Of a stretch of 32,000 nt of DNA, positions 9,078-17,379 are shown in pieces. Position 1 is the first letter of the stretch; the number at the start of each line of letters is the position of its first letter. Source of the stretch: Caedibacter taeniospiralis (GTDB lineage: Bacteria; Pseudomonadota; Gammaproteobacteria; Francisellales; Francisellaceae). The notes under the pieces are model-generated. The model did no database searches, was not told where the DNA came from, and saw only the letters and a list, made by a program, of their open reading frames with translations. The translations under genes and the position numbers were made by a program. The DNA is taken from assembly GCF_002803295.2 (NCBI RefSeq), contig NZ_PGGB02000015.1, positions 1,528 to 33,527 of the forward strand, in the 5' to 3' direction.

Positions 9078-9512
9078 GGCTAAGTCAGTCGATAAGCCGG
9101 GTTCTGTCGTGGACAGTCATTTATCTAGATATTATGTCGCCACAATACTCAAGCAGCCTACCCGATTGCAGTGCGAGCCACACTATTACAATCCTATTTG
9201 GCTTTGCTTCAGATGGGGTTTGCCATGCCACTTTTGTTACCAAAAGCGCGGTGCGCTCTTACCGCACCTTTTCACCCTTACCTGTATGAAAACATACATT
9301 GGCGGTCTATTCTCTGTTGCACTTTCCGTAAGCTCACACCTCCCAGGAGTTACCTGGCACCTTGCTCTATGAAGCCCGGACTTTCCTCATCTGACCACTA
9401 AGTCCCAGGCTCAAAAACATTTAGCTGAGACCATCCTGCCTAAACTCACACTAAAGTTTTCATTCTAAACCATAAACTTAGTGGTCAGATGCGACTGCCT
9501 GACCAACTTAGC
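9078..9512 (-). ncRNA. rnpB: RNase P RNA, bacterial type A
   Basis: The minus-strand RNA contains AAGUUGGUCAGGCAGUCGC (P1/P2), GAGGAAAGUCCGGGCUUCAUAGAGCAAGGUGCCAGGUAAC, ACGGAAAGUGCAACAGAGAAUAGACCGCC, GGUAAGGGUGAAAAGGUGCGGUAAGAGCGCACC and ACGACAGAACCCGGCUUAUCGACUGACUUAGCC. These are collinear with E. coli M1 RNA. Ends are approximate, within about 5 nt. Confidence 0.92.
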
Positions 9513-9520
9513 GGGCGTTA

Positions 9521-10207
9521 TTATAGGCTAAGCTTGCGGCGAATAGCAATAATCTCTTGTTCGGAAATGGTTTTTAAGCGACTAAATTCCGTTTGTAATC
9601 CCAGAAGCTTTTCACTTGCACGCTTTTGAAACTCCCTGACTTTTTGATCACAATCCATACGAGTCGTGAATAATTCACTTTGCGCACTTTGGTACTGCTC
9701 CAAGGCCTCCAATCTTGAACTTCTTATAGCTGCAAGTGCCTGAAATAATTTTTGAATTATTTCAGTTTCTTGTTGTAAGCGCTCCAAGGTCAATGGCTCT
9801 CGTGGGGCAATCGCTGCATAGGATTCATCTGAATTGCTATTGCCTATAAATTGCGTTCTTGAATATGGTTTCTTATGACCATTCTGAACTGAGGACTCCT
9901 GTGTGCAATTACGCTGCAACTTTCTCGACTTGAAACTGCTGATATCTGGTCTTCGCAGTTTGTTATTGCTGCCAGCCCCATAACTCGTTTCAGCTCTTGT
10001 TTCAGTGGATCTGAACTTTGGCTTTACTTCGTTGCTTAAATGAGGATTTTCTTTCTGCCATTTCCCTAGCAAAACGGCAATTTGTGCATGGGTACCCCTT
10101 CTTAGTTCTCTGCGCACATATTCGAGTGTAACTTTACGCCCTTCCTGATTTAATCTCTCTGCTACTGCAGCAAGCTCCTCATAACTTATCTGGTTATCTT
10201 CTGACAT
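9521..10207 (-). CDS. KfrA-N-like DNA-binding domain protein with C-terminal coiled coil
   Basis: The N-terminus ISYEELAAVAERLNQEGRKVTLEYVRRELRRGTHAQIAVLLGKWQKE follows the KfrA_N pattern as I recall it. The middle is S/N/R-rich and low-complexity, and the C-terminus is heptad-like. AAGGGA precedes the ATG. Confidence 0.6.
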   Translation of the reverse strand: MSEDNQISYEELAAVAERLNQEGRKVTLEYVRRELRRGTHAQIAVLLGKWQKENPHLSNEVKPKFRSTETRAETSYGAGSNNKLRRPDISSFKSRKLQRNCTQESSVQNGHKKPYSRTQFIGNSNSDESYAAIAPREPLTLERLQQETEIIQKLFQALAAIRSSRLEALEQYQSAQSELFTTRMDCDQKVREFQKRASEKLLGLQTEFSRLKTISEQEIIAIRRKLSL

Positions 10208-10231
10208 GGATTCCCTTAATACTCCAATATT

Positions 10232-10438
10232 TTATACTTGATGTAAGGATGAAAATAAGCACCATCTTTTTAGCTGTCCACTCAAGGAAAGAGCTCGCAG
10301 TGCGAAGCCACGAGATAGCTCGAAAATATCAACATTGCGAAGGTTTGTATTACTTAACTTTGTAGTAGAAAATACTCTAGAGGCAAACTCACCGCGCGGA
10401 TTATGACCAAACTTTCGCTTAAGTTCAAGAAAAATCAT
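10232..10438 (-). CDS. Hypothetical basic 68-aa protein
   Basis: The only support is an ATGA start/stop overlap with the upstream permease gene (10435-10438) and its position in a same-strand gene string. I recognise no family. Confidence 0.3.
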   Translation of the reverse strand: MIFLELKRKFGHNPRGEFASRVFSTTKLSNTNLRNVDIFELSRGFALRALSLSGQLKRWCLFSSLHQV

Positions 10439-11670
10439 GCCAGGATCGTTAAAAGACCAGAACTACTACATAATTGCAACACGATAATCAGTGTCCCAGT
10501 GAACATTAATATCAATAAATATAATTTGCTTATTAGCGTATTGCGCGCCTCTTTACACCGCAAAGACCATGTCATACATGCAGGCAATATAATTAGCAAA
10601 ACACACACAAAGATACTCGCATATCCCAAAGCTGCAAGAAAACCATTAACAAAGAAAACAGCAAAAATCAGGGGAGGAAGATAGGTAATAGCAAAGTTTA
10701 ATAATCGAAACGGCGTCGTTTTCTTAAACTTATACGTGTCTTGATTAAAGTGAAACAGCGCCAAAGTCACGCCCAGAAAGGACGTCGTGACAGCAACATT
10801 CGAAAACCCAATAATAAACCCACTAGCACTTCGAACATTAAGTAAATGATGATACGCCATTCCCAAATCAATGCCATGAGTCATTAAATATTTAAAACCA
10901 TAATTTCCTAATACGGGAATAACGCCCAAAGTGACCATTACCCAAACGGTATAAACAACAAAAGGGACACAAGCTCCCACTACCACGACACGCTTTAGCA
11001 CCTGGTCATTTTTAAAATAATTACGTATTGTTGGGATTACAATATGAAAACCAAAAGAAGTAATCAAAATTGGAAACGCATACCAGGCATAGCCAATGCC
11101 CATGCTCGCCTCACTTAATAAACTTTTTTGCACGTAGGGCACGATAACCACGATAATGCCAAGAAAACACAATGCTTTTAAAGCAAAAAACAACTTGTTA
11201 AGCTGATCCACTGCCGAGGTACCAAAATAAATAATAGCCCCAAGAATCAGGGTAAAGAGCAAAGCACCATACCCTCCTGAGTGACTTACCCCAAATACGT
11301 ATTGATCTAAAAGCCCACCCCCCATAGCAATGTAAGCCGTCGTTAGTGCATATAACAGCAACAGGTACGCAAGCCAGTTTACCACCTGCCCAAATCGCCC
11401 TAAGGTAGCATATGCCATGGTATTTAAATCTGCTCCAAATGGCTGGCGTGTATTTACTTCAACCATCAAAAGTGCTGTTGCCAACATGATAATCCAATTA
11501 ATAAACAGGAGGATCAGCGCAGTCTTGAACCCGACAGCAGCCACGGCATACGGAATGGCGAGCATCCCCGCCCCAATAGAAGTCCCAGCAATGAGCAAAA
11601 CACCTCCAAGCTTCTTCATCCTTGAAACCGTTTGTGGCATATCATTTTCCAACATATTTTTGTGAATCAA
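10435..11670 (-). CDS. Aromatic amino-acid permease (Mtr/TnaB/TyrP family)
   Basis: MKKLGGVLLIAGTSIGAGMLAIPYAVAAVGF matches the TyrP/Mtr N-terminal signature. About 11 hydrophobic spans. The true start may be Met18 at 11619. Confidence 0.85.
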   Translation of the reverse strand: MIHKNMLENDMPQTVSRMKKLGGVLLIAGTSIGAGMLAIPYAVAAVGFKTALILLFINWIIMLATALLMVEVNTRQPFGADLNTMAYATLGRFGQVVNWLAYLLLLYALTTAYIAMGGGLLDQYVFGVSHSGGYGALLFTLILGAIIYFGTSAVDQLNKLFFALKALCFLGIIVVIVPYVQKSLLSEASMGIGYAWYAFPILITSFGFHIVIPTIRNYFKNDQVLKRVVVVGACVPFVVYTVWVMVTLGVIPVLGNYGFKYLMTHGIDLGMAYHHLLNVRSASGFIIGFSNVAVTTSFLGVTLALFHFNQDTYKFKKTTPFRLLNFAITYLPPLIFAVFFVNGFLAALGYASIFVCVLLIILPACMTWSLRCKEARNTLISKLYLLILMFTGTLIIVLQLCSSSGLLTILA

Positions 11671-11753
11671 AAAATTAGCGAAACCTCATGTTATCATTAC
11701 AAACAAAACTGGCAACCAATTTTCTCTTACTGCTACGTAATTTTTTATCCCAC

Positions 11754-12770
11754 TTAAGCATTATTTAAAGCTGCTCTTGGCTTAACATCAATCGCCATAT
11801 CTTTATCACAAAAGCCATTTTCTAGGCGATAAGCACCTGCCACGGCAATCATCGCACCGTTGTCTGTGCAATACCTCAATGGGGGATAATAGACTTGCCA
11901 GTGATTTTTTAGCGCAAGCCTGCTTAACGTTTCTCTTAGATGCTTATTGGCACTTACACCACCTGAAACGACCAGATTTTTGATCCCAGTATGTTTCAGT
12001 GCACGTTTGCATTTGATCGAAATCGTATCAACTACTGCCTCCTGAAAGGCATAAGCAATATCTGATTTTGTCTGCTCACTCTTGTCTTCCAGGAGCTGCC
12101 AGGCATTAAGCACTGCAGTCTTTAAACCACTAAAGCTAAAATCAAACCCAGGTCGATCACACATAGGTCGAGGGAATATAAACTCACTCAGATGACCATT
12201 CTCTGCAAGCCTGGCTAAATGAGGACCTCCTGGATATGGAAGACCTAACAACTTTGCTGTTTTATCAAACGCTTCACCTGCAGCATCATCAATCGACTCC
12301 CCCAGAAGCTCATAACTGCCAAACTTCTGCACCTCAATCAGCTGGGTGTGTCCTCCTGAGATTAATAATGCAATATATGGATATTCAGGCTTATCTTCCT
12401 CATTAAGTAACGGGGCTAATAAATGCCCTTCCAGATGGTGAATCGCGATGGCAGGGATATCTAGCATAAAGCTTAAGGTTTTAGCAAATGCCGCACCAAC
12501 CATCAACGCACCAACCAATCCTGGCATGGCGGTGTAGGCTATTGCATCAATGGCTTTCAATGACAGCTTCGCCTCTGTTAATGCCGCTTTTGCTAAAGGC
12601 AAAAGTTTTGCCACATGATCTCTTGAAGCAAGTTCAGGAATAACTCCACCATATGGTGCATGCAAATCAATTTGACTATACAACTCATTAGCTAATAGCT
12701 TCTGGGTACGACTATCGTAAATGGCAATGCCTGTTTCATCACATGAAGTTTCAATTCCTAAGACAATCAC
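11754..12770 (-). CDS. tsaD: tRNA N6-adenosine threonylcarbamoyltransferase
   Basis: [26 protein letters not shown] metal site, [15 protein letters not shown]. 338 aa. Confidence 0.93.
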   Translation of the reverse strand: MIVLGIETSCDETGIAIYDSRTQKLLANELYSQIDLHAPYGGVIPELASRDHVAKLLPLAKAALTEAKLSLKAIDAIAYTAMPGLVGALMVGAAFAKTLSFMLDIPAIAIHHLEGHLLAPLLNEEDKPEYPYIALLISGGHTQLIEVQKFGSYELLGESIDDAAGEAFDKTAKLLGLPYPGGPHLARLAENGHLSEFIFPRPMCDRPGFDFSFSGLKTAVLNAWQLLEDKSEQTKSDIAYAFQEAVVDTISIKCKRALKHTGIKNLVVSGGVSANKHLRETLSRLALKNHWQVYYPPLRYCTDNGAMIAVAGAYRLENGFCDKDMAIDVKPRAALNNA

Positions 12771-12997
12771 AGCGGTGTTGCCCTTTTAATCTTATTGCAG
12801 CGTTTTCCCCTCGAAAAAAGTAAAAGCAACATTCCCACCGTGAGACCCACAATAAATACCAGTAGCAGCAATAGAATCAGGGGCAAGTTGAATGAGCCCA
12901 GTAAATAATTGAAGCTCACAGGCTGCGCATTAAGCACAGCCAATACACATACCAAGACAAATACAATCACTAACAACACATAGCCAACAACACGCAT
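12767..12997 (-). CDS. LapA-domain (DUF1049-like) small inner-membrane protein
   Basis: Two TM helices flank [18 protein letters not shown], followed by a basic tail. I start at ATG 12997 (MRVVGYVLL) because the track start at 13024 is a TTG. 4-nt overlap with the tsaD start. Confidence 0.6.
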   Translation of the reverse strand: MRVVGYVLLVIVFVLVCVLAVLNAQPVSFNYLLGSFNLPLILLLLLVFIVGLTVGMLLLLFSRGKRCNKIKRATPL

Positions 12998-13167
12998 TAC
13001 TCTTTCCCAGGTTACTAACGCCAAAAAACCGTTGCATCATACCACATTTACGCGCAAAAGTTTTAGCTTGTTTTTAATCGCGCTCAACGCAAGAATTTAG
13101 CTTTCATTAACAAGCACTATTTGTTAGAATGCAGCTGCTTTTGTTTCATGTTTTTAGGCTTAGGACC

Positions 13168-13300
13168 AAATTTCCGCCCAAACAAAATAGATGCTGTCAT
13201 TCCCGCCTGACCACTCTGGAGTGGTCAAGCCCGCGAAGGCGAGAATCCAGCTTTCAAATGACTCCTGCAACCTCGCACAGGGTGACGATGGGCGGAAACA
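13168..13300. repeat. Composite nested palindromic element
   Basis: Three nested inverted repeats. Outer: TTTCCGCCCA (13171-13180) / TGGGCGGAAA (13289-13298). Middle: ATTCCCGCC (13199-13207) / GGCGAGAAT (13238-13246), 8 of 9 pairs. Inner: TGACCACT (13208-13215) / AGTGGTCA (13220-13227). Confidence 0.6.
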
Positions 13301-13319
13301 TGGTGAGGGTCTATTTTTA

Positions 13320-13941
13320 ACAAAACAAAAACTGATTTGACATGGATTTTGGCTATTGTAAATCGATTGGGAAAAACAGATTGCACCAACGCAATATATA
13401 TCACCCCAATACCTGTGTACACATGGCTTACAAAAACTTGCATATGCACAAAAGCAATGCCCAAGGCATTTTTGTGCAGTTGTGAAGAACTAGTCCCATT
13501 GCGCATTTTATGTGCTCAGTGTGACTGATGATTTAGAGGGATTAATAATGCAGTGACTTACAGACGTCATTGGAAATGCTTCTCTTAGAGAAAAAATTAA
13601 GAGCAGCATTTAGGAAAAAATCTCACGTTAAATCGCATAAATAAAGGTATTAGGGCAAAAATTTAAGTGCCCAATTTGTGAATCTACTTAGACCCGTGCT
13701 CTTAAGCAAAAGTCTATAGAGCGTCATGATCAAGTAAGGTGACCCGTTGGCGCGAAATAAAACTATGGAAAACACAAATAAATAATGATGGTTTTTATAA
13801 CAATAATAACAATAACAGCTTACCTGACTTGGGTTTTAACTAACCAGGGTTGGGATTTATCTCATGCAAACTCATCATTCCAGCACTTAGCTTTACCTGT
13901 AATACCTTTTAAACAATCATTATTTAAAAGGATAACAACAT
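13320..13941 (+). promoter_or_regulatory. Putative long structured rne 5-prime leader and promoter region
   Basis: There is no credible ORF here. Strong hairpins occur at 13445-13478 (14 bp with a 3-nt bulge) and 13574-13611 (14 bp, one mismatch). The E. coli rne mRNA is known to carry a long autoregulatory leader. The transcription start here is unknown. Confidence 0.35.
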
Positions 13942-16560
13942 ATGAAAAAAATGCTGATCAACGCCCGCCAGACCGAAGAAACGCGTATTGCTATTGTCGA
14001 CAATGTTCAATTGATGGATTTAGACATCGAGAGCGTCGATAGAGAACAAAAAAAAGCTAATATCTATAAGGCCAGGATTTCTCGCATTGAGCCAAGCTTA
14101 AATGCCATCTTTATTAACTATGGTGAGGACAAGAATGGATTTTTACCCTTCAAAGAGATCTCTCCTGAGTATTTTAAGAAAGCCACTAAAGAACAAAATC
14201 CGCCACTAAACGAATTACTGGAGGTTGGTCAAGAGCTTATTGTGCAAATTGCTAAAGAAGAGCGTGGTAGCAAGGGTGCAGCATTAACCACCTTCATCAC
14301 CCTGGCAGGCTGCTATATGGTTTTAATGCCAAACAACGCGAGTGCTGGCGGTATTTCACGTCGCATTGAGGGCGATGAGCGTCAAAAACTTAAAACCTTA
14401 TTTGACTCATTAACCATTCCTGCAAACATGGGAGTGATTATCCGTACCGCAGGCGTTGATCGCCAAGCTGATGAAATTCAGGCCGATTTAGATACGCTGG
14501 TCAACCTGTGGGATGCAATCAAACGCGTTTCATACCAGCGCAAAGCACCTTTTTTGATCCACAAAGAAAGTGACATCACGATTCGCGCCATCCGTGATCA
14601 CTTAAAAGACGACATTAAAGAAATTATTATTGATGACGAGGAGGCTTATGAAGACTTAAAGCGCCAGCTTACCATGCTGCGCCCGCAATTTGTTGAACGT
14701 TTACAGCTTTACAAAAAAGAACTTCCTCTTTTCAACGCATTTCAAATTGAAAAGCAAATTGAAAGTGCCTTTAAACGCGAAGTTCATCTTCCCTCTGGTG
14801 GTTCTATTGTGATTGACACCACCGAAGCCTTAACAGCAATAGATATCAACTCTGCACGCTCGACCAAAGGGGATAACATCGAGGAAACTGCATTAGCGAC
14901 AAATTTAGAAGCCGCTGAAGAAATCGCAAGGCAGCTGCGCCTGCGCGATTTAGGCGGCTTAATCGTTGTTGACTTCATCGATATGGCATTTTTCCCTAAT
15001 CAAAAGGCAGTTGAGCAGAAGCTGGTTGATGCCCTGTTTAGTGATCGCGCGCGCATCCAGATGACACGCATTTCTAAATTTGGTCTGGTTGAGATTTCGC
15101 GTCAGCGTTTGCAAGCCTCATTGGGAGAGTCCGTCATGCACGCGTGCCCTCGCTGCGAAGGACACGGGTTTATTCGCTCAATCCCTTCACTTGCCTTATC
15201 CATCTTGCGCAACGTACATGCTGAGGCAATTCGAGAGAAAACTAATGAATTACGTGTTCAGCTCCCTATTGATGTCGCCACATTCCTGTTGAATGAAAAA
15301 CGCGATGAGTTGTCACAGATTGAAGAAGGCACCAGCACTAAAGTAACCCTTATTCCCAATGCTAATTTGCAATCACCGCACTACAGTGTACAACGTATTT
15401 GGGGAGACGCTTACACCGCCAGTCGCCCAAGTTATGATTTAATAGAAGACAATAAAAATATTGAGTTATATAAAGCCCCTAGACAGGATAAAGCCAAGCA
15501 ACCCGCGCTTAAATCAGTCAATTACAACCAAGTGCAAAACACCGCCGAGCAAAAATCCGAACAATCACCCGTCATAAAGCCAACAGTCACACAGGCACCC
15601 AAAGCAAAGCAAGAACCAGCTGAAAAAGGTTTCTGGGCGAAGCTCAGTGCATTTTTCTTTACTGAACAATCAGACACTGAAAAGCAAAAAGACAATTCAA
15701 CCGATAAGCAAGCTCCAAAAGCGGTAAGTCAAAAATCTGAGCTCAACCAAAAAACCCAAACTCGCGATGGTAATCGTGGTAATAGTCGCGATAATAATCG
15801 CGGCAATAAGGCGCAATATGACAAGCGTCGCCAGAATCAGCAAGCTGGCGAGCGTGATGAGAGTCGTGCCAATCGTGAGGACAACCGCGATAATAAGGAA
15901 ACGAATCAAGGCAATGACAACAACCGTAATGATCGTGGTGAACGTAGGGATCGGGGGGATCGTGACAAAGGAAATAGAGGTAACAATCGCAACAACCAAC
16001 GCCTACAGGTTCATCAAAGCGAAGAAGTTGTTGACATTACCATGCTGAAAAAAGAAGCTCCTGAGGTCATTAAGGCAGCAAAAGAAAAGTCTCTGATGAA
16101 GACGATTTCAACCATGCCAGAAGAAAAAATCTCTGTGATGGTGCGTGAAGTGCTTGCTGAAGTGAATACCTTAAGCAGTGACCACGCCACACAGGTGGAG
16201 ACGCATGCTCAACGCACACGCAAAGTAAAATATCTTAACTTTGAGGTGGTAGATACTCAAAAGTTAAGTGCTGAAATGGTCGAACAGGAGAAAGCCAAGA
16301 AAGTAGCCCTGGCTGAAGTAAAAGAGGCAAAAAATGAGGTTATGATTTCTGAAGATCTTGACATTATTGTTGATGTAGAAACACCATATGAAAATCGGGG
16401 TGTAGTTGAGGAAGATGCTCAGGAAACACATGAAGTTGCCAATGGTCAGCCCCAACAATCTAAAAAGCCTCGCCCACGTAAAAACCCCCGCACACCAACA
16501 CACATGGAGTACTCAGCAGCCGTTGATGTAGGCTCTCAAGGCTTTATTACCAAGGCATAA
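13942..16560 (+). CDS. rne: Ribonuclease E
   Basis: MKKMLINA start, S1 domain, IDINSARSTKGDNIEETALATNLEAAEEIARQLRLRDLGGLIVVDFIDM catalytic core, and Zn-link CPRCEGHG. The C-terminal half is non-conserved with an R/N/D/G-rich segment. Confidence 0.94.
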   Translation: MKKMLINARQTEETRIAIVDNVQLMDLDIESVDREQKKANIYKARISRIEPSLNAIFINYGEDKNGFLPFKEISPEYFKKATKEQNPPLNELLEVGQELIVQIAKEERGSKGAALTTFITLAGCYMVLMPNNASAGGISRRIEGDERQKLKTLFDSLTIPANMGVIIRTAGVDRQADEIQADLDTLVNLWDAIKRVSYQRKAPFLIHKESDITIRAIRDHLKDDIKEIIIDDEEAYEDLKRQLTMLRPQFVERLQLYKKELPLFNAFQIEKQIESAFKREVHLPSGGSIVIDTTEALTAIDINSARSTKGDNIEETALATNLEAAEEIARQLRLRDLGGLIVVDFIDMAFFPNQKAVEQKLVDALFSDRARIQMTRISKFGLVEISRQRLQASLGESVMHACPRCEGHGFIRSIPSLALSILRNVHAEAIREKTNELRVQLPIDVATFLLNEKRDELSQIEEGTSTKVTLIPNANLQSPHYSVQRIWGDAYTASRPSYDLIEDNKNIELYKAPRQDKAKQPALKSVNYNQVQNTAEQKSEQSPVIKPTVTQAPKAKQEPAEKGFWAKLSAFFFTEQSDTEKQKDNSTDKQAPKAVSQKSELNQKTQTRDGNRGNSRDNNRGNKAQYDKRRQNQQAGERDESRANREDNRDNKETNQGNDNNRNDRGERRDRGDRDKGNRGNNRNNQRLQVHQSEEVVDITMLKKEAPEVIKAAKEKSLMKTISTMPEEKISVMVREVLAEVNTLSSDHATQVETHAQRTRKVKYLNFEVVDTQKLSAEMVEQEKAKKVALAEVKEAKNEVMISEDLDIIVDVETPYENRGVVEEDAQETHEVANGQPQQSKKPRPRKNPRTPTHMEYSAAVDVGSQGFITKA

Positions 16561-16586
16561 GTCAGGATTTTATAAACTTACTAAGC

Positions 16587-16616
16587 GTAGGGTGGATAAG
16601 CCGAAGGCGCATCCAC
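16587..16616 (-). repeat. REP-like palindromic element, copy B1 (inverted orientation)
   Basis: GTAGGGTGGATAAGCCGAAGGCGCATCCAC, starting 26 nt after the rne stop. Confidence 0.75.
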
Positions 16617-16642
16617 GCGGAAAAGCAAACAGGTTGAGTATT

Positions 16643-16676
16643 GGTGGAGGCGCCTTCGGCTTATCTACCCTACTAC
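16643..16676 (+). repeat. REP-like palindromic element, copy B2
   Basis: GGTGGAGGCGCCTTCGGCTTATCTACCCTACTAC. It is 28 of 30 identical to the reverse complement of B1, with a 26-nt spacer. Confidence 0.75.
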
Positions 16677-16751
16677 TACCCGTCAGAGCAAATAGATATC
16701 TTAATTAAACTTGAGATTCTTAACCTCACAAACCTAAAAAAGGGGATAATT

Positions 16752-17324
16752 ATGATCAGTATCAAACCTAAAACCATGCTCAGTATCAGCCTGTTCTTCT
16801 CAGGCTTAGGTTTCCAAATAGCTCATGCCTGTATCTCTAAAGAATACAATGATGCTTATGCTCTTTTTAAGCACAGCGAATACACCAAATCAGTGCCTGC
16901 CTTTACCAAGTTATACCACAATGGCTGTCCCACTTCACCTTACTTTCTAGGCACTTATTATACTTATGGGATTGCAGTGGAAGAAAACTATGACACAGCC
17001 ATTAAGTATTTTGATCAGTTTTTAGATAAAAAGAACTTGGCGCAACCGCGAGATTATCGCGCTAATGCGTATCGTGCCCTAGCATTGATTTATCAATCAA
17101 AAAACCAGACACAAAAAGCACATGACTACCTGGTGGATTCAGCCAAATTAGGTAACACTGAGGCGATGTTTTTATTAGGACGCTCCTACATCAATGAAGG
17201 GCTACCCTATCACACGACAACCAACTTAAAAGAAGCTTACGTGTGGCTTAATAAAGCAGCGAATTATGGCAATGTTGAAGCAATGAAATTGATATATGAG
17301 CACTCGCTGCAAAAATATGCCTAA
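16752..17324 (+). CDS. Secreted Sel1-like (SLR/TPR) repeat protein
   Basis: ATG at 16752 preceded by AAGGGG. Signal-peptide-like MISIKPKTMLSISLFFSGLGFQIAHA. SLR motifs GNTEAMFLLGRSY and KAANYGNVEAMKLI. The longer TTG-initiated ORF runs through the REP element and is rejected. Confidence 0.8.
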   Translation: MISIKPKTMLSISLFFSGLGFQIAHACISKEYNDAYALFKHSEYTKSVPAFTKLYHNGCPTSPYFLGTYYTYGIAVEENYDTAIKYFDQFLDKKNLAQPRDYRANAYRALALIYQSKNQTQKAHDYLVDSAKLGNTEAMFLLGRSYINEGLPYHTTTNLKEAYVWLNKAANYGNVEAMKLIYEHSLQKYA

Positions 17325-17379
17325 GCGCTATTATTAAGCAGTTCACACTTTTTAAAATCATAAAAACAGGCGGCAATTC

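Noticed and set aside
9109-9401. Two plus-strand ORFs (87 and 76 aa)
   Set aside because: They lie entirely antisense within the RNase P RNA gene. Their Cys/Leu/His-rich sequences look like translated structured RNA.
13129-13528. Three small ORFs (63, 93 and 63 aa) in the tsaD-rne gap, one of them Cys-rich
   Set aside because: Each runs through a palindromic element or hairpin. They use TTG or weak starts without an SD and overlap one another on both strands. There is no family resemblance.
15697-16048. ORFs of 100 aa (minus) and 93 aa (plus) rich in I/V/T/A
   Set aside because: They are alternative-frame readings of the repetitive GAT/AAT/CGN codons of the RNase E low-complexity segment, so they are an artefact of the repeat.
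16641-16751. TTG-initiated N-terminal extension of the Sel1 protein ORF
   Set aside because: It starts inside REP unit B2 and reads like translated repeat (PSAYLPYYYP). A good ATG with an SD and a signal peptide begins at 16752.
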